Source of the DNA: an uncultured Thermotogae bacterium
GTDB taxonomy: Bacteria; Bipolaricaulota; Bipolaricaulia; UBA7950; UBA9294
NCBI GenBank assembly: GCA_964547105.1
Contig: CAZJLO010000002.1
Location: 40,779 to 104,778, forward strand
Length of the DNA stretch: 64,000 nucleotides
Direction: 5' to 3'
Part shown: positions 56,207 through 64,000 of the stretch, one piece after another
Position numbering within the stretch: the stretch's first letter is position 1
Layout of the letters: each line of letters begins with the position of its first letter
Position numbers and translations under genes: made by a program
Notes under the pieces: generated by a model
Databases searched by the model: none
Told to the model about the DNA's origin: nothing
The model's input: only the letters and a program-made list of their open reading frames with translations

Positions 56207-56680
56207 TTCTTGGTTGAGGATACACGGCAAGCGACGGTTGGGGCGTCCTTCGAGGGATCCTGGCTCAGAAATCCTTAGGTGACGCCACTTGGATCACGGC
56301 GTGTTCGTTTGGCCGAGAGCCGTCTGCGTGATTGACTGAGCCGGCACGTCCGTCGGATGGATTGGGGGCGCCTTGGTGGGGTTCTCCCTTCTTCCCCAGT
56401 GTGAAACCTCGGGTGCCAGGGGGCGGGTCCCGGATATAGGGTCCGAACCGGAATTCCGGATCTGACGAGGTTGCTCAAGGCACTGTTCCGGCATGGATCT
56501 TCTTGTCCGGATCGGACGCGAACCTGTTGTGCGAAGCGGGTTTCTCCAGTCGTACTCGGTTGCGTTAGGTGGAATCAAGATGCAGCATCTAGACGGTGAC
56601 TGCGAAACCTCGTATGGTGAGAGTGTGCGAACGCGACTGACGGGCGGGGAAGTCGACCAAATCCGTTCAGAGGAGCCGAC

Positions 56681-57289
56681 ATGACCGAAGCCGAGCGCGA
56701 CGACGAACGTAGGGTGGAGTGGTTTGAACTCCCGGGCCCTGAGAACACCGACGCTGTCATCCGATGCGTATCGCGACGCCTTTCCGAGGGCGATCTGCAT
56801 CACGTCGTAGTCGCTTCCGGAACGGGCGAGACTGCGGCTCAACTAATGGCGTACATCGATGAGTTCGATGCTCAGATCATCTGCGTCACCCATCATGCGG
56901 GCTTCTCAGGTGACGACGAAGTCGAATTGGAACGAGCCTACGTGTCCCAGCTGCGCAAGGGCGGCGCATCGATTCTTACAGCGACGCACGCACTCAGCGG
57001 CGTCGGTCGATCGATCAGCAAGACGTTCGGCGGAGTGACCCCGGTGGAGCTGATCGCTGCCGTTCTCCGTCTGTTCGGCCAGGGTACCAAGGTGTGCGTC
57101 GAGATTGCCGTCATGGCAGCAGATAGCGGGCTCGTTCCCACCGATCAAGACATTCTCTGTATTGGAGGAACAGGACGCGGAGCCGATACCGCGCTTGTCC
57201 TGCGTCCTTCCCACATGGATCGCTTCTTTGATCTCCGGATTCGCGAAGAACTCTGCCGGCCCGTTCGGGATCGACAAGAATCAGCGTAG
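56681..57289 (+). CDS. hypothetical protein, possibly pyruvate-kinase C-terminal-like alpha/beta domain
   Basis: 202 aa; VVVASGTGETA..CVEIAVMAADSGLV..ILCIGGTG pattern; weak family recall. Confidence 0.4.
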   Translation: MTEAERDDERRVEWFELPGPENTDAVIRCVSRRLSEGDLHHVVVASGTGETAAQLMAYIDEFDAQIICVTHHAGFSGDDEVELERAYVSQLRKGGASILTATHALSGVGRSISKTFGGVTPVELIAAVLRLFGQGTKVCVEIAVMAADSGLVPTDQDILCIGGTGRGADTALVLRPSHMDRFFDLRIREELCRPVRDRQESA

Positions 57290-57292
57290 ATG

Positions 57293-57306
57293 AAGAGGTT
57301 CCTCTT
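57293..57306. terminator. short hairpin between convergent genes (AAGAGG tt CCTCTT + TCTT)
   Basis: Seen 4 nt after stop of 56681-57289; only 6-bp stem, weak. Confidence 0.25.
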
Positions 57307-57353
57307 TCTTGGCTGCGTGTTGGAGTGGGATCGGGATTGGGATTTGTGTTGCA

Positions 57354-59615
57354 TCATGCGTGACGTGCGGCGAGACCGAGCCGTCGGACAAGCGTCACAT
57401 AGCGGACATCTTGGCGATCTCGGAACGGATCGAGAAGGGGTTCGATCGCTGCTTCCATGAGCCACGGGCATCGACGGTCGACGGCCTGTTCGAGATGCCG
57501 GAATCCCATCTCGGAATCCCCTGCGGCAAGCGCAATCAGCCCCAGCACCGCTGGCAGATCGCTGGAGTTCCCCGCGAGCTGCTCCGCGGTCTTGCGGTGA
57601 GACTCCCCGTCAGTCGTTCTCCCGGCGATGAAACATGCAGCGGAGCGCCGTCCGGCGATCCACAGGGCGAGACGTGCATCTGTCGGCGTTGCTCGCTTTG
57701 ACGCAAGGTCAAACGCTGCAAACGCCTTGTCGAAATCCCCTAAGCACGTGTGTGCAACAGCTTTGTGAAACCCAACCCATCCCCACGCACCCGGACGCAG
57801 ATCTGACAGTTCTTGCAGGTCGATGAGCTCATGAAATCGACGTCGCAGTCGCAGCAAGCGGGCGAATCGTGCAGGCATTTCCTGCCATGGAAGACGCTCA
57901 ATCCATGGGTCGGCAGTCTCTCCTTGACCCAGGAGTGTCAACGTCAGCGCGATGGCGCCAATCGCCTTCAAGTCCTTTGGATCATCTTTCGCGGCCTGCC
58001 GGGCCTGCGCCAGTGCCTCATCCCACTCAAAGCATGACAGGTTCAATTCGGCAAGGTGAGAACGGACTCCACTGAATGTCGGATCGATTTCCAAAGCCCG
58101 CGTAAACTGAGCCTTCGCCTCCTCAATTCGGCCTACCTTGCGAAGCAGATCGCCACGAGAAGCGACGATGACTGGGGAGCGCGGACTAGCCTCCACTGCG
58201 AGCTGGCTTTCGGCGAGGGCATCTCCCTTGCGTCCCATCTCGGAGAGCAGCAAGCTGTACCACTGGTGAGCGCTCGCGTAGCTTGGATTCAAGAGGATCG
58301 CATCCCGGTAACTTCTTTCTGCGGCGACAAGATCTCCCTCAAGGTATTGCATCACAAGTCCGAGCGCGGCATGTGCTTCGGCGAGCTGCGGATTCAGTGA
58401 TAGGGCCTTCTCGGCGGCGCTCCGAGCCTTCCTGTATGCCTCTTGCGGCTTCATGTATCCGCGGTCGGCAAGGATCGCGTAGGTGTCGGAAAGTCCCGCA
58501 TACGCGGGTGCGAATGTCGGATCGATGTGAGCGGCCTTCCGAAACATTTCGAGTGCTCGGACAAGACCGGCCCTGCTACGCTTATTCCAGTAGTGTCTTC
58601 CTTTCAGATAGGCGGTGCATGCCGGTTCGGCGCAAGTCGAGTCTATCTCGCTCTGGGGAACCAACTGCAGCCGCAACGTGTGTGCAACGCATTCGGCAAT
58701 CTCCGACTGGACGGCGAACACATCTTCCACATTTCGATCGAACCGGTCGGACCACAGATGCGCCTCCGTGGAGACGTCCACCAATTGAACGTGGATTCGA
58801 AAACGCTCCGCGGCACGGCGCACGCTTCCTTCGAGTACGGTTCCGACTCCCAACTCACGTCCGATCTGGGCGATCGTCCGGCGTTGAGTCTTGTAGGTCA
58901 TCACCGAGGTCTGAGAGATGACGTGCATCCCTGGGACTTTCGAGAGCGCGTAGGTCAGTTCCTCGGTCATTCCGTCGGTGAAGTAGGTGTCCTCGGGATC
59001 GGCGCCGATGCATGTCAGCGGCAGCACGGCGACGCGGGATCGATTGGGGGCGATTCGCGGAGAGCGGCCGAGCATCGACAAGGATGCCGCGCGATCCTCC
59101 CAGGGGAGAACGATCTGGTGGACCTCGAGCGACTGCCTCACGTTCTTCAGATCATGGTATCCAAGACTGACCAGAGGCGCCTCGATCTTGTTCCAGACCT
59201 GATCGCGGATTGCCGATGTCAGAACGATTCCGCTTGACGGAGCGAGCGCCTCAATCCTGGAGGTAATGTTGACGCCATCTCCGAAGATGTCTCCTTCTCG
59301 GTGCACAACATCTCCCACATGAAGTCCGATCCGGACTTCGATACGACGAGGATCAGGAGCCGCCGAGTTTCGCTCATGGAGTGCCGATTGAATGTCGATT
59401 GCGCAGCGAGCCGCATCGAGTGCACTTCGGAATTCCACCAAGAATCCATCGCCGGTGTTCTTGACAAGCTGGCCGTTGTAGCGGACGAGGATTGATTTGA
59501 GCAGATGATTGTGTTCTTCCAGTAGCTCCAGCGCTAGGGCTTCATCGGCCTGAACTTGTGCGGTATAGCCGACGATGTCCGTCAGCATCAAGGCGCTGAG
59601 GCTGCGCTCATCCAT
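57354..59615 (-). CDS. adenylate/guanylate cyclase (class III) with TolB-like and TPR repeat regions
   Basis: 753 aa; N-terminal CHD (LMLTDIVGYT, GDGFLVEF, RIGLHVGDV), central region, multiple TPR-like repeats. Confidence 0.8.
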   Translation of the reverse strand: MDERSLSALMLTDIVGYTAQVQADEALALELLEEHNHLLKSILVRYNGQLVKNTGDGFLVEFRSALDAARCAIDIQSALHERNSAAPDPRRIEVRIGLHVGDVVHREGDIFGDGVNITSRIEALAPSSGIVLTSAIRDQVWNKIEAPLVSLGYHDLKNVRQSLEVHQIVLPWEDRAASLSMLGRSPRIAPNRSRVAVLPLTCIGADPEDTYFTDGMTEELTYALSKVPGMHVISQTSVMTYKTQRRTIAQIGRELGVGTVLEGSVRRAAERFRIHVQLVDVSTEAHLWSDRFDRNVEDVFAVQSEIAECVAHTLRLQLVPQSEIDSTCAEPACTAYLKGRHYWNKRSRAGLVRALEMFRKAAHIDPTFAPAYAGLSDTYAILADRGYMKPQEAYRKARSAAEKALSLNPQLAEAHAALGLVMQYLEGDLVAAERSYRDAILLNPSYASAHQWYSLLLSEMGRKGDALAESQLAVEASPRSPVIVASRGDLLRKVGRIEEAKAQFTRALEIDPTFSGVRSHLAELNLSCFEWDEALAQARQAAKDDPKDLKAIGAIALTLTLLGQGETADPWIERLPWQEMPARFARLLRLRRRFHELIDLQELSDLRPGAWGWVGFHKAVAHTCLGDFDKAFAAFDLASKRATPTDARLALWIAGRRSAACFIAGRTTDGESHRKTAEQLAGNSSDLPAVLGLIALAAGDSEMGFRHLEQAVDRRCPWLMEAAIEPLLDPFRDRQDVRYVTLVRRLGLAARHA

Positions 59616-59829
59616 GGTTATCCCTCCTGTTCGCCGGGGCTGATCAGAGCAGATGCGCCTTGGCTATTGTAGATGGTCGGCGTAGCGCAACCAAACACCG
59701 AGGACCTTGTGCACGTGCGTTCAGCAGTGGACGCTGCCCGGACTCCCAGTCGCGACCGAGGGACTCAACGGAGTATGGCGTCGATCCGCACGCGCCACCA
59801 GAGCCGCTTCCCAGCGACGGGGCAGATCT

Positions 59830-60176
59830 CGATGATGGCTGGACTGTCATTCCGTCGGCAAGTTCTCGATCGAGGAAGAGCCTGATCGCGGTTCGGATCA
59901 CGACAATACCCGCTTGCACGGCTACTTCATGAGGTGCTGGATGGCGGATGCCCAGACGATGTTCGAGGCAACCGGGAACTCCAAGCCGAGAAGCAAGTGC
60001 GATCCGAGCTGATGACGCAGAGCTTCGCGAACTGAGCACACACCGGCAGTGCACGTACGGTGGATCTCGGATCGAAGGATCCTCCATCCCATGATGGCGC
60101 ACCCCCATACGATGACCAGCACGCCAAATGCTCCGATCACCCGAGATACATGAGCAAGGATGAACATCACGCGCAT
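59830..60176 (-). pseudogene. DUF1622 membrane protein gene, apparently frameshifted
   Basis: N-terminal part in 59922-60176 frame (..LLLGLEFPVASNIV..); expected C-terminal helix (..AGIVVIRTAIRLFLDREL) appears in a different frame (ORF 59644-60198). Confidence 0.45.
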
Positions 60177-60287
60177 CTCCCACGTGCGATCCTATCAACC
60201 AGAGGCACGCCGGTGAATTGCGCCGCCCGATGCGACTCGGTGGACGATTCGTAGAGCGGGCTTGGTGCAGCGGGGTTCCGGATGTGG

Positions 60288-61289
60288 CTACTCGACCTCA
60301 TCGGATGCGGAAGGCGGTGGGGGGGCAATGGGTTCCGCGAAGTAGTCGTTTCGCCAGACTTCGATCTCTCCATCCTCGAAGATGAGTGACAATCCGAGCA
60401 TCTCGTCTCCGCGCGCATAGAGACGGCCTTCACTGAGCGGGCCATGGAGGTGGTAGAGGTCGACTTCAAGAGCGACGCCACCTGACGAAATCATCACGGT
60501 GTCGACACGTTCGACGGACATCCGCGGCAACACGTCCCCTTCGCCGCCCTGCGCCGTTCCTGGCGGCCCTCCAAACATCAGCATGTCGAATTCGGCTTCG
60601 GGTTCGCCCCGTGCGGTAAGGATCGCAGGGAGCAGCGCGTAGCTGGAGAAAGTTCCGATAACGATTGCTTGGTCCGGCGAGATCGTGCGCGTAATCAGGT
60701 CACTGCCGGTCGTCCATTCGACGGTGTCTTCGAAGAACGTCGCCTCGACCAGCATGTCCTGTCCGAGCGGTGCTTGAGTCGTCAGACGATAGAATCGAGG
60801 ACGGCCGTCTCGACCGACGACGAGTTCCTGCTGGAAAGAGATGCGGAGCGTGACGAGTACGACTCTGAAGAAGAACTCCCCCGTCGTGCTCAACCGAATG
60901 GAATCCTCTTCGTTGCGTATCTCGAACTGCTCCTGGCCGAATGGCTTGGCATCGCTCGCCATTCTCAAGAGTCCGGAAAGCTCTGTCCAAGCGACTTGAT
61001 CAGGCTGCGCCGGCGGCAACTTGGCGGTGCTTACCGATGGAAAGACGAACACGGGGTAGGGCAGGGTAAGTGGCTCAACTGGAGAGCGGCTGATGGGCGG
61101 CGGAGCGGCATTGACCGGATCGAACCAGCTCTCGGGGAGTGGTCGTTGTACATCGGACGTAAGGGCATCCAACGAAGGGGAATCGGGCATCGTCAGGACG
61201 AATACAATGATCAAAGCGGCGATTGCTGCAACGACAACCCCCAAAATGGAGCCGCCGATGATGAGAATGCGCTTCCTCGTTTTTCTCAT
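60288..61289 (-). CDS. hypothetical membrane-anchored protein
   Basis: Start MRKTRKRILIIGGSILGVVVAAIAALIIV (single N-terminal TM), Pro-rich segments; no recognisable domain. Confidence 0.5.
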   Translation of the reverse strand: MRKTRKRILIIGGSILGVVVAAIAALIIVFVLTMPDSPSLDALTSDVQRPLPESWFDPVNAAPPPISRSPVEPLTLPYPVFVFPSVSTAKLPPAQPDQVAWTELSGLLRMASDAKPFGQEQFEIRNEEDSIRLSTTGEFFFRVVLVTLRISFQQELVVGRDGRPRFYRLTTQAPLGQDMLVEATFFEDTVEWTTGSDLITRTISPDQAIVIGTFSSYALLPAILTARGEPEAEFDMLMFGGPPGTAQGGEGDVLPRMSVERVDTVMISSGGVALEVDLYHLHGPLSEGRLYARGDEMLGLSLIFEDGEIEVWRNDYFAEPIAPPPPSASDEVE

Positions 61290-61372
61290 GCCATCTCCCT
61301 GTCCACGCTCGTCAGTGTAGCGGCATCTGCCCACGACACGGAGAGAAGAAGTGAAGCGTTGGTGAGGTTCCG

Positions 61373-62020
61373 GTGTCGAATGCCGTATCCTCTCGGAATG
61401 ACGCTGCTCGCGGAGGACGACGGTTGAACGAAGATCGCCCGGGCGGATCGCCGAAACGGTCTGCATGTCAGGCGTGCAAGATTCATGTGGTCGGTACGTC
61501 GGGATCCGGCAAGACCACATTTGCCGCCTCCCTTGCCGGGCGTCTCGGCATCCCTTACGTGGAGATGGATGCCTTGTTCTGGGGGCCGGGGTGGTCGAAG
61601 ACCCCTGATGACGTGTTTCGACAGAAGGTCGAATCGGCAACGCAGGGAGCTGCTTGGGTGATCGATGGGAACTACAGCCGAGTTCGCGATCTGGTTTGGC
61701 GGCGTGCGGATGTGGTGATTTGGCTTGACTACCGGTTGGCGGTCACGGTGTTTCGCGTGGTTCGCCGGACGGTGCGCCGTAGCCTGACGCACGAGGAACT
61801 CTGGCATGGCAACCGCGAGCGTTTCCGGACGTCGTTTCTCTCCAGGGAATCGATCGTTTTGTGGACACTTCGAACCTACTGGCGGCGGAAACGCGATTAC
61901 ACCGAGTTGGCGCAACGGAGCGAGGACTTCCAGCTTCATGTGGTTCGTCTTCGTTCCACGTGCCAGGCGCGTCAGTTGCTGAGGAATCCCCACGGCCTTC
62001 TAGGGTTGGGAGCAGCATGA
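61373..62020 (+). CDS. P-loop NTPase (adenylate/shikimate-kinase-like, topology-modulation-protein-type)
   Basis: Walker A VVGTSGSGKTT; start uncertain (may be internal GTG/ATT-proximal codon near 61480). Confidence 0.6.
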   Translation: MSNAVSSRNDAARGGRRLNEDRPGGSPKRSACQACKIHVVGTSGSGKTTFAASLAGRLGIPYVEMDALFWGPGWSKTPDDVFRQKVESATQGAAWVIDGNYSRVRDLVWRRADVVIWLDYRLAVTVFRVVRRTVRRSLTHEELWHGNRERFRTSFLSRESIVLWTLRTYWRRKRDYTELAQRSEDFQLHVVRLRSTCQARQLLRNPHGLLGLGAA

Positions 62021-62916
62021 ATCGCCCCTTCGAAGAGCGGATCGGTGCATGGTTTGTGCTTCTTGCTGCGACCTGCTGGTCGATCCTCGGAATTGTTGGA
62101 AGAATGGCGTTTTCATCGGGCATCGGTCCGCAGACCCTGGTTTTCGCTCGAGTCGTCGTTGCCGTTGTGTTGCTGGGCTCTGGCGTCGCTGCCGTGAAGC
62201 CGGATCTACTTCGCGTACGGGTACGCGATTTGAGAATCCTCGTTCCGATCGGAGCGGTCGTCGCCCTCAACTACAGCACCTACTACCAATCGGTCCTGCA
62301 TCTCGGCGTCGCTGTTTCGATCGCCGTGTTCTACATCTTTCCGGCATTGACGGCGGTCGCCGCTTGGTTGGTGCTTGGGGAACGCGTTGGAGCGAGAACG
62401 ATTGCTGCGCTGGCGATTGCCGTGGCTGGCTGTGCTCTGGTATCCGGATTGCTGGAGACCGGGGTTTCACTCTCGGCTTTGGGGATTTTGTTCGCGCTTC
62501 TATCCGCGGCCAGCTACGCTGGCTACGCAGTGCTGATCCGCCGAGCCGTTCGAGAGCGATCGCCAATTTGGCTGTTGTTCTACTCGCTGGTGTTTGCCGT
62601 CCCAGGCCTGGCCATCGCGACCATTCTCGCCGGCGAGCCGCTCTTCCCTTCCTTGGGAAGAGGGTGGGTGTATGTTGCCGTTCTCGCCATCGTGCCGACG
62701 CTTGCCGGATATGCGCTGTATACGCACGGCTTGCGACGGCTTCCGGCGGCGCGTGCGGCAATCCTTGCCACGATGGAGCCGGTTCTCGCAACGGTGTGGG
62801 CGGTTATGTTGTTGTCAGAACGCCTCACCGGGTGGCAATCCGTGGGATTCGGGTTGGTGCTGATCTCGGCGTGGTTTGCCTGCCGGGGGCGGCAGAGCGG
62901 TGGAAGCAACCTCTAG
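62017..62916 (+). CDS. DMT-superfamily (EamA) transporter
   Basis: Start MNRPFEE with ATGA overlap; 10 TM, two EamA halves. Confidence 0.8.
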   Translation: MNRPFEERIGAWFVLLAATCWSILGIVGRMAFSSGIGPQTLVFARVVVAVVLLGSGVAAVKPDLLRVRVRDLRILVPIGAVVALNYSTYYQSVLHLGVAVSIAVFYIFPALTAVAAWLVLGERVGARTIAALAIAVAGCALVSGLLETGVSLSALGILFALLSAASYAGYAVLIRRAVRERSPIWLLFYSLVFAVPGLAIATILAGEPLFPSLGRGWVYVAVLAIVPTLAGYALYTHGLRRLPAARAAILATMEPVLATVWAVMLLSERLTGWQSVGFGLVLISAWFACRGRQSGGSNL

Positions 62917-63201
62917 CATGCTTGAGGCAATGAATACCAAACGGCGGTTGCGTCGGGGAAAGGCGCGCAGATCCTAGCGAGATCCGTTGAGGAATTGCGC
63001 AACGATGGTCGCCCGAGTGGAGTGATCGTCGTGTCTGGCGTACTCCGCGAATGCTCCATCGGCTGGAGAGAGATCAAGCAGGCGTTCAGGACCAGGCCTG
63101 AGGAACGCGGCCGTCGGGTGTGAAGCCTTCGCGGCGGGCGCCGCAGAAACACCAGTTCGTGGAGCAGTTCCCCAAGCAGATACCGGCTCAAGAGGGCCAG
63201 T

Positions 63202-63873
63202 TCAGCGGCACACGCCAACTGCGGTGCGAACGAGATTCGGAAGATCCACAATACGGGCGAGGTGGTGGTCTGCGGAGGACATTTCATCGACCGTCCCGTA
63301 GCCGTAGGTTGCAGCGACGATCGTACAGCCGGTGTTGCGACCGGCCTCAAGATCGTGATATCGATCGCCGATCATCCAGGCATGCCGGTGATGGAAGGTC
63401 CGGCGTTGATCGTTGATCATGTCTGCCTTGGTCCGGGCGTTGTCCTCAAGAGTCTGGATCGAGGCAAACAGGGCAAGCAGGTTGAATCGCCCGAGAACGC
63501 TCTCGGCATAAAGCCGATCGCCGTTGGTGCAGATAGCAAGGCGACATCCCCGCTCTGCCAGCGTTCGAAGTGTCTCGGCTGTCCCGGGGAACAGCGCACC
63601 GTTTTCTTGGATGGATTGCTGCTCACGCTGGGCGATCACTTGGGCCAACTCGGCTCGATCCTGCGAGAGTCCTTGAGCAACGAGCCAATCAAGGAAGGTA
63701 TCGAATGGCTCCCCGATCCGCGACAGAATCAGCTTGTCGTCGGGATCTTGACGGCCATAGGCACTGTAAACGGCGCGCATTGTCGGCAGGAACGAACTCG
63801 CCGTTCGGTACAACGTTCCATCCAGATCGAACATCAATAGCATCGGCAATGGGACCGGCATGGCATCACTCAC
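63202..63873 (-). CDS. HAD-family hydrolase (subfamily IA)
   Basis: LMFDLDGTL motif I, ICTNG motif II, GDRYHD motif IV region. Confidence 0.8.
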   Translation of the reverse strand: MSDAMPVPLPMLLMFDLDGTLYRTASSFLPTMRAVYSAYGRQDPDDKLILSRIGEPFDTFLDWLVAQGLSQDRAELAQVIAQREQQSIQENGALFPGTAETLRTLAERGCRLAICTNGDRLYAESVLGRFNLLALFASIQTLEDNARTKADMINDQRRTFHHRHAWMIGDRYHDLEAGRNTGCTIVAATYGYGTVDEMSSADHHLARIVDLPNLVRTAVGVCR

Positions 63874-64000
63874 TCCAGGGCGTGGATTCGGGGACGACGG
63901 GAAGCGTGTCTACCCTTGATGTTGGGCGAGGCAGGCGCTCCAATCACAACTGTATCCGCACGGCCCTTATGTGTCCTTGATCATAGCGGCGTTGGCCACG

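Noticed and set aside
56230-56680. Assignment of the long leader to a specific riboswitch class (ykkC/guanidine, ZTP, c-di-GMP)
   Set aside because: Partial resemblances (GGGUCCG.., ACGG) do not match the consensus cores I remember; kept only as an unclassified structured-RNA candidate.
62913-63350. 145-aa minus-strand ORF between DMT and HAD genes
   Set aside because: Overlaps the HAD gene C-terminus in another frame; no SD and no domain.
1-64000. CRISPR arrays, rRNA, tRNA, transposases
   Set aside because: Looked for regularly spaced repeats, tRNA-like cloverleaf candidates in intergenic gaps and IS/integrase-like translations; none found by eye.

Overview
This 64-kb window is GC-rich throughout (roughly mid-60s % GC by eye, not computed), bacterial and densely coding. 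I see no rRNA, tRNA, CRISPR array or obvious IS/transposase.

The left end (1-4823, minus strand) is a ribose-type ABC uptake operon (binding protein, NTF2-like protein, double-domain ATPase, permease) ending in a deoxyribose-phosphate aldolase that runs off the window. Next come an FGGY sugar kinase and, on the plus strand, an acyl-CoA ligase plus a D-hydantoinase/dihydropyrimidinase.

The dominant structure is a roughly 27-kb array of 25 genes, all on the minus strand, from a LacI-family regulator at 37598 down to a ribokinase at 10347. Many members are linked by 4-nt ATGA or similar stop/start overlaps. It contains:
- two CUT1 sugar ABC systems, each with one binding protein and two permeases but no ATPase
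- a secreted metallophosphoesterase
- a DhnA-type aldolase and a Zn-alcohol dehydrogenase
- an ATP-NAD-kinase-fold protein
- homologs of the two archaeal-type C1 enzymes Ftr (formylmethanofuran:H4MPT formyltransferase) and Mch (methenyl-H4MPT cyclohydrolase)
- two tandem tungsten-type aldehyde:ferredoxin oxidoreductase (AOR) family genes
- a PreA-like flavin/Fe-S reductase flanked by two COG0402 amidohydrolases
- a GlcD/GlcF-like FAD/Fe-S oxidase pair
- an ADP-ribosylglycohydrolase-family protein and a ribokinase

My reading is that this is an undescribed anaerobic catabolic super-operon for nucleosides or N-heterocycles that couples ring reduction and hydrolysis to a methanopterin/methanofuran-type C1 module. 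That is inference from gene content only.

The right third holds:
- a MalY-type C-S lyase
- an ArsR / YraQ-permease / thiol-disulfide relay cluster
- an acetate-kinase homolog with a non-canonical N-terminus
- a PorV-like outer-membrane protein next to a cargo protein with a type IX secretion (T9SS)-like C-terminal sorting domain
- PhzF
- remnants of an MFS transporter gene
- a GntR/ABC/DUF4097 envelope module
- a TPR adenylate cyclase
- DMT and HAD genes

All calls rest on my reading of motifs in the supplied translations; no database search was run.
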